From: a bacterium
GTDB taxonomy: Bacteria > Zhuqueibacterota > QNDG01 > DTFT01
Reading direction: 5' to 3'
Length of the DNA: 64,000 nt
NCBI GenBank assembly: GCA_016933415.1
Contig: JAFGAX010000147.1
Span: 8,567 to 72,566 of the forward strand
Shown: positions 28,663 through 38,525 of the stretch, in pieces
Layout of the letters: the number at the start of each line of letters is the position of its first letter
Position numbering within the stretch: the first letter of the stretch is position 1
Position numbers and translations under genes: made by a program
The notes under the pieces: model-generated
Database searches by the model: none
What the model saw: the letters and a program-made list of their open reading frames with translations, nothing else
Told to the model about the DNA's origin: nothing

Positions 28663-30020
28663 GATCCGGCCTCCCGCGACCTTTCCGCCGCCAGTCCGGC
28701 GGAAAGTCCGTAAAAGGCCCATGCCTGGGACCAGCGCATGTAGGGAATCCGGATGCAGTAATGGCGGTGCGCCTGGTAGTAGAAATAACCGGACGGGTCC
28801 TGCATGTGCGTGACCAGCCAGCGGATCAGAGACCGCCTTCTGATTCGGACTGCGTCATTCTGCGGCACCGCACAGAGTGCGGACACCGCCGCAAAAGCGT
28901 GGATATCTTTCGGAAACGGCCTGTCATGCCAGAGCGACGCCGAACCGTCTTCCCGGAAGAATGTCCGGAGGAAGTATGCGGTTCCCCTTTCCAGAACCGG
29001 CGCGAACGCTCGGTTTCCGGCGGAAGAGGACTGGTAACGGCTCAGGCTTTCGAGGATGAACGCGGTGTGGTGAAGGTCGATCCATCCCTGGGTGGGGGCC
29101 TCCCCATACACCCAGGAACCATCCGGCCGCTGATGTTCCGCCACCCAGTTCATCATTCTTCGAGCGGAATGCAGCCAGTCCCTGCGGTTCCGGACCGACC
29201 CGACTCGGGCGAGAAAGGCGGCGCCGATGGCATTCGAATTGAATATCCGCGACCGGTCAAGGGGCGTGTATCCTAGGCACAGCCGTGTTTCGTCATCCAC
29301 CACCCGAGGGAGACTTTCCAGAATGAATCCGGCCGACCCCTCGGCGACTTTGAGAAGAGAAGGGTCTCCGGTCGCGGCATACGCGTCCAGGTGGGCATGA
29401 CCCGCGAAACCGGTGTTGACCAGGGTCGGCGTATAGGATGGATACAATTGGTTTCGGTTCTGCCACGGGAAATGATAGCCCCAGCAGGGGTGTTCATATC
29501 CGGGTGAACGATTCTCATGGAGAAGGCGGACCAGCAGGCGGATGCGCGCCTCCCGTCCGTCCGGGAAGGCGGCGGCCGGACGCGCCGCATATCCGCTCAG
29601 GAAAAGCGACAGCCCCTTCGGATTCAGGCCCGGGGGAATGCCCAGCATGGGGCGCGGATTGAAAGGCAGGCGGCGCAGAATCTGTGTGAAGACGATGCGC
29701 ATCAAGGGCCTGTTGAAGACCGGATGGGATGCCGCGGGAGAAAGAAGGGCGTCATACGGATCGAACCCGCGGTACGATTCTCGCTCCACGTATTCGGTCA
29801 GAATCGAAAGGGATTTCAGAATGAGCGCCCTGGAACGTCCGGCGTTCAGCCGTCCGGTTCCGTGGGCATCCGACAAGCGGCATTTTTTCATGGGGCCGTT
29901 TTCAGGAGCCATCGGTTGATCCCGTTCCGTACGCGCGGCCGATATGCCGGAATCCGCAGGACGCCGCATTGCAGGACCACGAACGGAACGCCTGCGCAGG
30001 GAGTCAATGCCCGGGGTCAT
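28659..30020 (-). CDS. Uncharacterised protein of the exopolysaccharide operon (possible alpha/alpha-toroid polysaccharide-modifying enzyme)
   Basis: No family recognised with certainty; W/Y/H-rich helical repeats (WGYHFPWQNRNQLYPSY, HSARRMMNWVAEHQRPDGSWVYGE); start uncertain (ATG candidates at 30020, 29969, 29912, 29891). Confidence 0.5.
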   Translation of the reverse strand: MTPGIDSLRRRSVRGPAMRRPADSGISAARTERDQPMAPENGPMKKCRLSDAHGTGRLNAGRSRALILKSLSILTEYVERESYRGFDPYDALLSPAASHPVFNRPLMRIVFTQILRRLPFNPRPMLGIPPGLNPKGLSLFLSGYAARPAAAFPDGREARIRLLVRLLHENRSPGYEHPCWGYHFPWQNRNQLYPSYTPTLVNTGFAGHAHLDAYAATGDPSLLKVAEGSAGFILESLPRVVDDETRLCLGYTPLDRSRIFNSNAIGAAFLARVGSVRNRRDWLHSARRMMNWVAEHQRPDGSWVYGEAPTQGWIDLHHTAFILESLSRYQSSSAGNRAFAPVLERGTAYFLRTFFREDGSASLWHDRPFPKDIHAFAAVSALCAVPQNDAVRIRRRSLIRWLVTHMQDPSGYFYYQAHRHYCIRIPYMRWSQAWAFYGLSAGLAAERSREAGS

Positions 30021-31422
30021 GAAACTCCGGCGGCTTGAGCCGCTTCCAGGGAAAAGAAACCGAACGACGGCCGCTTTCGTCCGGCGGATTCGTCCGCAGG
30101 TCCCGGCACGCTTTCCCGTGAACCAGAATCCGAACCGGTTTTCCGTCCGGAACGGTGAACGTGATCCCCTGCAGGTTCTCCTCGTTCGCTTCGATTTCGC
30201 CGAGAATCGTATCCCGGATGCCGTGAATCCGGATGACCGTTTCCGTCGAATCCGCCTCGGCTGTCCAGCGGAGCGCTCGCCTGACGGTGGTGTAATTCAG
30301 CAGTTTATAGGTGGTCGTGACGAGAATGCGACCTTCCGTCGCGTGAACGGATAAATTGCGGAGCGCGTCCGCGGTTTGCGGATCCACCCAGGGCTGTCCG
30401 TCCCCGTTTTTACCGAGATGCGTGTAGACAATGCCCGTTCCTCGGACCTCCAGAAGGCGCTTCAGAACGGATTCGGAAATGTTCTCAGCCAGTCCGCGGC
30501 TGTCGGCGCCGTATCCGATGCCTTCCCGATGGAGGTCGTAACGCATGAATTCATAAACGCGCCTGCCGTCCTCGAGACGCCGAATGCCGATCAGGGCATT
30601 GTCCCGGTGCAGAAAATAACGCGTATCGGAAAGTCCGAACATCGAGGCAATTCTCTTGAAAAATGACTTGGCGCTGTTCCGGAGGGACTTCAGGCACGCC
30701 TCCGAAACCGGCGGACAGAGATAGGATCGCCAGGAGACCGGCGCGTCCTGCCCGACAACCGATGTGCTGCTGCCGCAACTGACGTACCGGATGGCGTACG
30801 GAATCGTCACGTCCGAGTGATAGGCCGGATCGCCGAGCCGGTCGCCGCGGTTCGTTTTGAACCATTTCGACATATTGGATCGCGCGTTGCTGTGGTTGAT
30901 CCAGACCGGCACACGGCAGCCGTCCCGTTCGAGCGCCCGAATCGCGGATACGGCCTGCACGCGTGTCGAGCATCCTTCTCCGTAGGAGTGCAGACAGTCG
31001 ATGATTCCGGCACGGATGAATTCACGGATAATCCGCTGGTCCTGCGGCCGGTCGGAAAACCACGTAAACTCGTTCCGCCCCGGACGGTCGACCATATAGA
31101 AGCTGTTCCCGATCTCCAGCCCGACGCCTCGGCCGTAGACGGTTTCATGATCCGTGTTGAGAAATTCCTGTATGGAGAGGAATTCCTCGGGCGTCTCCGT
31201 GTCATCGATGTCACTGCAGATACTGAGCGCGGCGCGGAAGGGATACGGATATTGACGCAATGACACCGGCGCGTGCATCGATGCGGCATCGCGGTACAGC
31301 CTGGCGGTGCGGGAAAAATCCCATTGAACGGCCAGAATCAGAAAGAACCCGGTTGCCGCCGAAACAGCGGCCGTTTCGCGCAGGGTCCGGCCCACGTTCC
31401 GATTCGGACGGCGGGTGGTCAT
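30004..31422 (-). CDS. Uncharacterised membrane-anchored protein of the exopolysaccharide operon (possible divergent deacetylase/hydrolase fold)
   Basis: One N-terminal transmembrane helix (AAVSAATGFFLILAV), then a 440-aa soluble domain with DxD and His clusters (SICSDIDDTE, CLHSYGEG, WINHSNARS); no confident family assignment. Confidence 0.5.
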   Translation of the reverse strand: MTTRRPNRNVGRTLRETAAVSAATGFFLILAVQWDFSRTARLYRDAASMHAPVSLRQYPYPFRAALSICSDIDDTETPEEFLSIQEFLNTDHETVYGRGVGLEIGNSFYMVDRPGRNEFTWFSDRPQDQRIIREFIRAGIIDCLHSYGEGCSTRVQAVSAIRALERDGCRVPVWINHSNARSNMSKWFKTNRGDRLGDPAYHSDVTIPYAIRYVSCGSSTSVVGQDAPVSWRSYLCPPVSEACLKSLRNSAKSFFKRIASMFGLSDTRYFLHRDNALIGIRRLEDGRRVYEFMRYDLHREGIGYGADSRGLAENISESVLKRLLEVRGTGIVYTHLGKNGDGQPWVDPQTADALRNLSVHATEGRILVTTTYKLLNYTTVRRALRWTAEADSTETVIRIHGIRDTILGEIEANEENLQGITFTVPDGKPVRILVHGKACRDLRTNPPDESGRRSVSFPWKRLKPPEFHDPGH

Positions 31423-32564
31423 CGGTCCAATCCCGCGGTGATACGGTAGCAGCGACCGAATGTTTTTTCCGCATTTTTCATGCTGTACATCCGCAGCACT
31501 TTCTCCCGGTTGTAAAGACCCATTCGTTTCCGGACGGATGGATTCTCGATGAGACCGGCCAGCGCCCGGGCCAGTGCTTCGGAGTCGCGGGGAGGAATCA
31601 GGATGCCGCCGATTCCGTCATCGATCATTTCCGGAACGGCCCCCACCCGGGTCGCCGTCACCGGGAGTCCCGCGGCCATGGCTTCGAGAACGGACATGGG
31701 AAATCCCTCGCCATGGCTGGGCAGAATGAAGATATCCGCGGCCGACATCCATTGTCGGACCGTTTCCGGGGAAATATTTCCGGTGAACAGGACGCGTTCT
31801 CCTCCCCTCATGGACTTTCGGATCCGCCTGAGTGCGCTCTCCGCTCCCCCCCCGCCGATGACGCAGAACCGGAGTTCCGGATAAGAGGGCAGCAGTGCCG
31901 CAGCCGCGCCCATCAGTTCAAATACCCCCTTGGCCGGATAGAGATGGGGGGCCGCAAAAACCGCGAGACAGGATCGCTGCGGGATGCCGAATCTGGAGCG
32001 GATTTCCTTTCGTGGAACCGTCTCCCCCGCCTTCACGAAATTGGGAACCCGTTCGATTCCATTCCTCCGGCTCAACAGGCGGAGGGGTATTTCCTGCATC
32101 CTTGAAAGAACGCCGATCCGTGTCGGGAACGAAAGGAGGATTCTCGGAAGTGATCCCGCGCTGGGGTGCCGCCGCATGAAGGATGCCAGGTCTCCGCCGT
32201 GGATCTGCAGAAAAACCGGCTTGCCCGCAGCCCTGGCAAGCAGCACGTACAGGGAATCCCGCCAGAACGACCAGTCTCCGAAAGAAGTGTGCACATGAAC
32301 GAGGTTTGGCGCCCTGCGGACGAGAAACGGGATGAATCGCGCCATATCCGACAGCACCCGTCCCGTCTTCCATAAAACGGATTCCTCTCCGTATGCAGCG
32401 GATCCGCCCTTGCGTGAATAGGTGTGAAAGGGCAGAAACGCGTGTCGATGCCGCAGGCCGGACCGCATCAGATTGTCGATGCAGGCCGAGATTCCGCCGA
32501 TCGCGGGAGGAAAAGCGCCGAGCATGGCGATACGGGTGCGCATGCGGCCTTTCCCCTCAGGCAT
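31419..32564 (-). CDS. Glycosyltransferase family 4 (group 1)
   Basis: EX7E-type motif (PSHGEGFPMSVLEAMAAGLPVTATRVGAVPE); 381 aa. Confidence 0.8.
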   Translation of the reverse strand: MPEGKGRMRTRIAMLGAFPPAIGGISACIDNLMRSGLRHRHAFLPFHTYSRKGGSAAYGEESVLWKTGRVLSDMARFIPFLVRRAPNLVHVHTSFGDWSFWRDSLYVLLARAAGKPVFLQIHGGDLASFMRRHPSAGSLPRILLSFPTRIGVLSRMQEIPLRLLSRRNGIERVPNFVKAGETVPRKEIRSRFGIPQRSCLAVFAAPHLYPAKGVFELMGAAAALLPSYPELRFCVIGGGGAESALRRIRKSMRGGERVLFTGNISPETVRQWMSAADIFILPSHGEGFPMSVLEAMAAGLPVTATRVGAVPEMIDDGIGGILIPPRDSEALARALAGLIENPSVRKRMGLYNREKVLRMYSMKNAEKTFGRCYRITAGLDR

Positions 32565-33690
32565 GCCCGGAGACGGTCCGGATCAACTCGCGAGCCAGGA
32601 TTTCGGCCAGGTCGGACTGTCCGCCGCTGACGGTGCGACGGACCCGCTTCACGACGCGGATGCGCCCGATTTGAGATTCATTTTCGATGAAAGTCAGGCG
32701 TCCGCTTCGGTTGAGGTGACGGTCCACGGCCCCGGTCCGGCCTCTGAATATCGAATACACCGGAACACCCAAGGCCGCCGCTTCGCGGTTCATCGTGCCG
32801 CCTCCGCCGACAACCAGGTCGGAATGCCATATCCAGTTCAGGGCGTCGACCGCGCGATCCGGGACGATGAGTCTGCCCGGCAGGCGGGAAACCCGCTGTC
32901 GCAGATTCAAACCATCCTCAGCCGACCGGGGCAGGAACAGAACCGTGACACCGCGATGCGTCAGCAGCGCTTCCGTAACCCGGTTAAAAAGAATTTCACT
33001 CTCAGGATTTCGGTAATGGGCGGAGACAGAAGGAGCGCGCAACACCACGGTCACGGAGTGATGTGGAATCTTCAGGCGGCTGAAAGCGGCCGTATCCGGC
33101 TTGAAGCGGTGTACATACGCGTCTTCCTTCAATCCCGGATAGGCGTAACCTTTGGACGGGGGCACGCCCCGGTCCCGGAGAATCCGTGCGGGTATCGCGG
33201 ACGGAAAGAAGAGCCGTGTTGCGAAGCGGTTTGCGATGCCGAGGAAAACATGTTCATAATCGGTCATGAAAACCGACGGCATGCCGAGCAGCGAGGCGGC
33301 CACGACCTGATACGTGGAACCCTGGCTGACCGCCAGGGACAGACGGCGTCCACGACAGGCCCGGACCAGCTGAGCCGTCCGGATGAGGAATCCGGCGGCT
33401 TTTGCGGCTGTCTCTTTGCCGTAATCCCGTCCGATGACGAGGGGATCGAGCCCGTGGAGTACGCACAGGTCCTTCACCTGAAAACGGTCCCGGACCGTGA
33501 CGAAACACCGGTGTCCTCTGTTCTCAAGAGCCCGTATCTGGGGGGAGAAAAAAAGGACATGCGGCGGATGGCAGAGATCAAACCAAAAAGTCAAACGCGG
33601 ATCTCCCGGTTTGGCGCCGCTCAGGCCTTCGCCGGAAAGGCCCTCAATCAGGAGGCGGCAGTGCGTTCTGGAACGGCAGCCGCGGGCCAA
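32557..33690 (-). CDS. DUF354-family GT-B-fold protein (putative glycosyltransferase)
   Basis: N-terminus FWFDLCHPPHVLFFSPQIRALENRGH is typical of DUF354; C-terminal Rossmann half with a GGGGTMNREAAALGVPV motif. Confidence 0.6.
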   Translation of the reverse strand: MARGCRSRTHCRLLIEGLSGEGLSGAKPGDPRLTFWFDLCHPPHVLFFSPQIRALENRGHRCFVTVRDRFQVKDLCVLHGLDPLVIGRDYGKETAAKAAGFLIRTAQLVRACRGRRLSLAVSQGSTYQVVAASLLGMPSVFMTDYEHVFLGIANRFATRLFFPSAIPARILRDRGVPPSKGYAYPGLKEDAYVHRFKPDTAAFSRLKIPHHSVTVVLRAPSVSAHYRNPESEILFNRVTEALLTHRGVTVLFLPRSAEDGLNLRQRVSRLPGRLIVPDRAVDALNWIWHSDLVVGGGGTMNREAAALGVPVYSIFRGRTGAVDRHLNRSGRLTFIENESQIGRIRVVKRVRRTVSGGQSDLAEILARELIRTVSGHA

Positions 33691-33693
33691 CGG

Positions 33694-36012
33694 TCAGGAT
33701 GCGCCGTAATAGTCCCGGTATGAACGGCGTTCGCCCCGGTCCGCGCCCGTGAGGACGGCCCCCGCGACACGGGCGCCGACACTCTGAAACCGTTCGACGG
33801 ACTCCTGAAGCTGTTTCAGGCTGGACTTTCCCAGCCGGACGACCACCAGCACGGCGTCCGTCAGCGGGGAAAGAACCAGCGCGTCCGTGACCGGCAGCAG
33901 GGGCGGGCTGTCCAGGATCACCACGCCGTATTTTTTCTGGGTCTCGCGCAGAAACAGTTTCATGGCGGATGACCCGAGTATTTCGGGGGCATTCTTCACG
34001 GCCGGTCCGGCCGCGAGGAAATCGAGATTTTTCAGAGTGGTTTCTCGGACGAGTGATTCCCAGCCCGTTTTTTGGCTCAGGACGGAGGTCAGTCCGGTTT
34101 TCATTTCGGATCCCATGAAAAGCAGGTCCAGGGCCGGCTTCCGGAGATCCGCGTCCGCCAGAAGCGTGGAGATTCCGTTTTCTGCGAAGGCGATGGCGAG
34201 ATTCGCAGCGGTTGTGGTCTTTCCGTCGGACGGCTCCGGACTGGTGACGAGCAGGGTTTTCCAGCGGTTCTGGCGCATCGTGTAATACAGAGAAGTGCGA
34301 ACCGCCCGGTACACTTCCCGAAGTTCAGGTTCGTCATTTCCGAAACCGACCAGAAAGGGGTAAATGCGGCGCGCCCGCTGTGTCCGGGCCTCCCCCTCTC
34401 CCCGTGAAACGGATCTGCGTCCGGCCGGGCGCAGTTCGGGCACTGCGCCCAGAACCGGAACACCCAGGGGGGCAAGATCCTCGGCCGATCCGACCGCACC
34501 GAACAGCGCCTGCTTGACGAACACCGTGCCGGCCGCCAGGAGGCTTCCCATCAGAACCGCCAGAACGAGATTCAACCGGACATTCGGCCGGAACGGCGCG
34601 GAAGGCGGGACGGCACGGTCCAGAACCCGGATCAGGCCAGATTGCCCGTTCTCTCCGATCCGCGCCTGCTCAAATTTCTCTTTGAGCATGGAGTAGATTT
34701 TCGTGTTGAGCTGAACGTCCCGTTCAAGCCTTGCCAGTTCGAGACTTTTATCCGGGAGCCGGTCCAGTTTTCGCGAATAGTCGTCAACGATGGATTTGAG
34801 GGCCGACATCCGGGCCGTCCAGGAAGACTGCTGGGTCCGGATTTCCAGAATGGAACTGATGAGATTTTCGGAAAAGGCCAGGGGATCCGCGGGCGGAATT
34901 TCAGCCTGCAACAGGCGGCGGGTTTCCAGTTCGATCCGGTTCTTGAGTCCCCGGATCCGATTCTCCATCTGGGCGATTCGGGAGTCGTTCCCCGGATTGT
35001 ACCCGGCGCCCGAGAGCTGGGCTTCATAGGCCACGCGCTGGGCTTCGGTTTCGGCGAGTTGTTTTTGAAGTTCCGTCAGGACGGGATTGGATTGCCGGGT
35101 CATATTCTCCAAGATGTGCTTCCGGCTTTCGCCCAGCTGTTCCTTGAGAAAGGCGAGCTGGTTCTGCGCGGCCTCGGACTCGGTCTTGGCCTGGTTGTAC
35201 TGCGACTCGAAACTGGCCAGCTGCTGGACAATCTGTGCGGTCTCCTCGGGAAGGGAAACCACGTTGCTGCGTTTCTGATAGCGCTTCAGTTTTTCCTCGG
35301 ATTCGGCGAGGGCCGTTTCCATCTCCAGGAGCTTGGTCTCGAGGAAATTCTTGACCTGGATGACTTCGCCTCGGTTGTCCGAGCGGTTGAAGTCCCGGTA
35401 GGCATCGACCCAGACATTGACCAGAATCGCGGCTTCGCGGGCCGAATGGGACCGGCCTTTCAGGTAGAGAATGTCCGAATCCCTGCCGTATGAGACGCGC
35501 GTGGAGGCGTAGAACCGATCGATCCAGTCTTCCGGACCGGCGGGTTCCCGGACGTTTTCCGGATTCGCTTTTCCGCCGGACAGCCTGGCCAGCAGGCTGC
35601 TGATACGGCCCCGAACCGCCGGCTGGAGAATCTCGAGGGAATCGGCGTTCCCCAGTGCGGCCAGACGGTTCACAACATCGGCCGTGAGGGTTCTGCTTTC
35701 CAGAATGGTGACCTGGTTCTTGATCCAGTATTTCTGCTGGGATTCGGCGGCGAGATTGAAAATCTTCTCGTTCCATCCGGGCTGTTCCTGGATGGAAAGT
35801 GTGGCGGAAGCCTCGTATTCCCGGGGGGCGCGGATGGAAAGCACGGCCACGGCGGCGACAAAACCCGTCCAGACCGCGATGAACAATCCCGCGTTCCGCC
35901 GAAGCACGCGAATCCACCGGAAGAGATCGGCTGCGGATTTCGGTGCGGATTTTTCCGGTGGCCGTTTATTTTCGCCGCGCGTCGCGTTCAAGGCGCTGCG
36001 GCTCCCTGGCAT
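33694..36012 (-). CDS. Polysaccharide co-polymerase / tyrosine autokinase (Wzc/GumC-like; Wzz domain + BY-kinase)
   Basis: Transmembrane helix, periplasmic Wzz domain with long coiled coils, second transmembrane helix, Walker A SPEPSDGKTTTAANLA, Tyr-rich C-terminal tail RRSYRDYYGAS; 772 aa (start may be internal). Confidence 0.85.
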   Translation of the reverse strand: MPGSRSALNATRGENKRPPEKSAPKSAADLFRWIRVLRRNAGLFIAVWTGFVAAVAVLSIRAPREYEASATLSIQEQPGWNEKIFNLAAESQQKYWIKNQVTILESRTLTADVVNRLAALGNADSLEILQPAVRGRISSLLARLSGGKANPENVREPAGPEDWIDRFYASTRVSYGRDSDILYLKGRSHSAREAAILVNVWVDAYRDFNRSDNRGEVIQVKNFLETKLLEMETALAESEEKLKRYQKRSNVVSLPEETAQIVQQLASFESQYNQAKTESEAAQNQLAFLKEQLGESRKHILENMTRQSNPVLTELQKQLAETEAQRVAYEAQLSGAGYNPGNDSRIAQMENRIRGLKNRIELETRRLLQAEIPPADPLAFSENLISSILEIRTQQSSWTARMSALKSIVDDYSRKLDRLPDKSLELARLERDVQLNTKIYSMLKEKFEQARIGENGQSGLIRVLDRAVPPSAPFRPNVRLNLVLAVLMGSLLAAGTVFVKQALFGAVGSAEDLAPLGVPVLGAVPELRPAGRRSVSRGEGEARTQRARRIYPFLVGFGNDEPELREVYRAVRTSLYYTMRQNRWKTLLVTSPEPSDGKTTTAANLAIAFAENGISTLLADADLRKPALDLLFMGSEMKTGLTSVLSQKTGWESLVRETTLKNLDFLAAGPAVKNAPEILGSSAMKLFLRETQKKYGVVILDSPPLLPVTDALVLSPLTDAVLVVVRLGKSSLKQLQESVERFQSVGARVAGAVLTGADRGERRSYRDYYGAS

Positions 36013-37031
36013 TCAGGACTTTCGGCATCCGGGTCCTCGATCTCCGAGGTGACGGGAATCTTCGGGGAAATCGGCTCGTCCGAAGCCTCTACGCTCCGGA
36101 GCCATTCGAACGTCCGTGTCAGTCCTTCCTTCAGGCTGATTCGGGGCGTCCACCGCATGATGCGGCGTATTTTTTCGATGTTGACGACACGGCGCCGGAT
36201 ATTGTCGATGTCTCGACGGTCAATGTGAACCGGTTTCTGGCTGGATCCGAAAATCGACAGGATCGTTCGGGCCAGTTTGTTGACGCTCGTCTCACGGCCG
36301 GATCCCACGTTGAAAATGTCGCCCACGGCCTTGGGGTTGAGCGCGGCCATTAAAGTGGCCTCCACCACGTCCGAGACGTACGTGAAATCGCGTGTCTGTT
36401 CGCCGTCCCCGTGGATGAGGGGCGGCAGGCCGTTCATGAGTTTCTCGAAAAATTTCGAAACCACGCCGCAATACGGATTGGTCGGGGACTGGTTGAGACC
36501 GTAAACGTTTGAATAGCGCAGAATGACGACCGGAACGCCGTAGGTTTCGAAGAAGGAGGAACAGAAATTCTCTCCGGAGAGCTTGCTGGCCGCATAGGGG
36601 TTGATGATGCTCAGGCGGTCGTCCTCGTTGACCGGAATGTAGCGGGCGTTTCCGTACACGGATGCCGAAGAGGCGTAGACGATTTTCTCGATCCCGTGTT
36701 TTTTCGCCGCGAGCAGGACGTTGAAAACGCCGCCGGTGTTGACCAGAAAATCGAGACGCGGGGAGCGCGTGGAAACGATGATGTTCCGCACGGCCAGGTT
36801 GAAGACGATTTCGGACTCCTGAACCAGTCGGGAGACCAGGTCGAACCGGGTCACTGATCCCTCGATGAAACGGATGCCGTCAAGATGCCGGATGTTCTCC
36901 CGTCGGCCGGTGAAGAGGTCGTCCAGCACCGTGACTTCGGCGCCCTCTTCGACCAGCCGATCCGTCAGATTGGATCCAATGAATCCGGCCCCGCCAGTGA
37001 CCAGAACCCGTTTACCCGCGAACCTCTTCAT
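35988..37031 (-). CDS. NAD-dependent nucleotide-sugar epimerase/dehydratase (extended SDR, UDP-glucuronate decarboxylase / UDP-glucose 4-epimerase-like)
   Basis: VLVTGGAGFIGSNL Rossmann motif, YASSASVYG, YAASK catalytic motif; 347 aa. Confidence 0.85.
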   Translation of the reverse strand: MKRFAGKRVLVTGGAGFIGSNLTDRLVEEGAEVTVLDDLFTGRRENIRHLDGIRFIEGSVTRFDLVSRLVQESEIVFNLAVRNIIVSTRSPRLDFLVNTGGVFNVLLAAKKHGIEKIVYASSASVYGNARYIPVNEDDRLSIINPYAASKLSGENFCSSFFETYGVPVVILRYSNVYGLNQSPTNPYCGVVSKFFEKLMNGLPPLIHGDGEQTRDFTYVSDVVEATLMAALNPKAVGDIFNVGSGRETSVNKLARTILSIFGSSQKPVHIDRRDIDNIRRRVVNIEKIRRIMRWTPRISLKEGLTRTFEWLRSVEASDEPISPKIPVTSEIEDPDAESPECQGAAAP

Positions 37032-37052
37032 GCTGCGGCTTTTCCCCTTTTC

Positions 37053-37832
37053 TCAAGTGGCGTCCTTCATGGACAGAACGAACGGAACCGTCATGATCAG
37101 AATGCGGAAATCCAGAAGCAGGCTCCAGTGATCCACATACCAGAGGTCGTGCAGAATGGCTTCTTCGTAATTATCCGGTGTGAAACGGAGATTCAGTTTG
37201 GACCATCCGGTGAGGCCCGGTTTCACCTGGAGCCGCCGGTGGTACCATTTCTTGTAGGATTCCACCTCATAGGTCGGATGGGGCCTGGGGCCGACCAGAC
37301 TCATCTCACCGGTCAGTATGTTGAAAATCTGGGGCAGTTCGTCCAGGCTGCTCGCACGGAGAAAGCGGCCGATCCGCGTGATTCTCCGGTTGAGGTATTC
37401 GACGTACCGTTCAACGCGATCCGCCTGTCCGGCGTCTTCAGGCCCGGACAGCAGGGATTCGACATAGGCTTTATGCTCTTTCTCTCCGTCGTCGGCCCGC
37501 ATGGTCCTGAATTTCCAGATGCGGAATTTCCGTCCCCGGTACCCGATCCGCTCCTGGCGGAAAAAAACAGGACCCCGCGAAGTCGTCTTGATCAGCACCG
37601 CGACGACCATAAAAACGGGCAGGCTGAAGGTCAGAAAGACGGAAGCGAAAGCCAGGTCGAAAAGACGCTTGACGGCCTGCCGGAACCCGAGCGCGATTTC
37701 ACGGGCGATGCCCGCCTGAATCGCGGATGTCCCGTCCATCCGGCAATCCCTGAAGGATGCGGCAATCTGATCGTCGATTGCGTGATGAAAGGATTTGAAA
37801 GGTGCCGGTTTCATGTCATCCGAACAATTCAA
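37053..37832 (-). CDS. Undecaprenyl-phosphate sugar phosphotransferase (small PglC/WbaP-C-type priming sugar transferase)
   Basis: Single transmembrane helix plus the bacterial sugar transferase domain (RIWKFRTMR...DELPQIFNILTGEMSLVGPRP). Confidence 0.8.
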   Translation of the reverse strand: MNCSDDMKPAPFKSFHHAIDDQIAASFRDCRMDGTSAIQAGIAREIALGFRQAVKRLFDLAFASVFLTFSLPVFMVVAVLIKTTSRGPVFFRQERIGYRGRKFRIWKFRTMRADDGEKEHKAYVESLLSGPEDAGQADRVERYVEYLNRRITRIGRFLRASSLDELPQIFNILTGEMSLVGPRPHPTYEVESYKKWYHRRLQVKPGLTGWSKLNLRFTPDNYEEAILHDLWYVDHWSLLLDFRILIMTVPFVLSMKDAT

Positions 37833-37841
37833 TGTCCCCGA

Positions 37842-38525
37842 TCAGGCAAAACGGTATCCCATCCCGTGTATGGTCTGAATGTACCGGGAGGGGTTGGTTT
37901 TCTCCCCGAGTTTTTCTCTCAGACGCTTGACATGAACGTCCACGGTTCTATCCGTGACGTACACTTTCTCGCCCCACACCTTTTCGAGAATCTCCTCCCG
38001 GGAAAAGATCGTGTCGCGGTGCGTAACCAGAAGGTACAGGAGCTTGAACTGCGTATACGTGAGGTCCACCGGCTTACCGCTTTTCGTCACCTCATGGGTC
38101 TCAATGTTGATTTCGATGTCCCTGATCTGTATCGTGTTCGGCGATGTGTCGACCAGATCGATGCGCCGGATCAGGGCCTTCACCTTGGCCACCAGCTCCT
38201 CAAAGGCCTCCGTCCCCGCCTGGCATTCATCCGCACCGTTCTCGAGCGCACTGATGCGGTCCGATGATTTACGGCTTCCGGTCAGGACGACGAGCGCGGT
38301 TTTTCGGTTGGTTTCCTGCAGCAGACGGTTGATTTCGCCGATTTTGTCCTGTGCGGCGGCGTAATCAATGACGAACGCGCGCGGATTCTCCTTTTTCAGA
38401 AGCGGCAGTGCATCCTGGTCCGGCGGGACTGAAACCACCCGGAAACCGGCGGAAGTGAAATGCCTTGCGATCTCCTTTTCGACCGATGGGTCCGGCGTGG
38501 CAACGAGAACTTTGGGTGCGGTCAT
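37842..38525 (-). CDS. OmpR-family response regulator (receiver + winged helix)
   Basis: Receiver FVIDYAA, C-terminal trans_reg_C (LTYTQFKLLYLL...RTVDVHVKRLREKL...IQTIHGMGYRF); no kinase gene adjacent. Confidence 0.85.
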   Translation of the reverse strand: MTAPKVLVATPDPSVEKEIARHFTSAGFRVVSVPPDQDALPLLKKENPRAFVIDYAAAQDKIGEINRLLQETNRKTALVVLTGSRKSSDRISALENGADECQAGTEAFEELVAKVKALIRRIDLVDTSPNTIQIRDIEINIETHEVTKSGKPVDLTYTQFKLLYLLVTHRDTIFSREEILEKVWGEKVYVTDRTVDVHVKRLREKLGEKTNPSRYIQTIHGMGYRFA

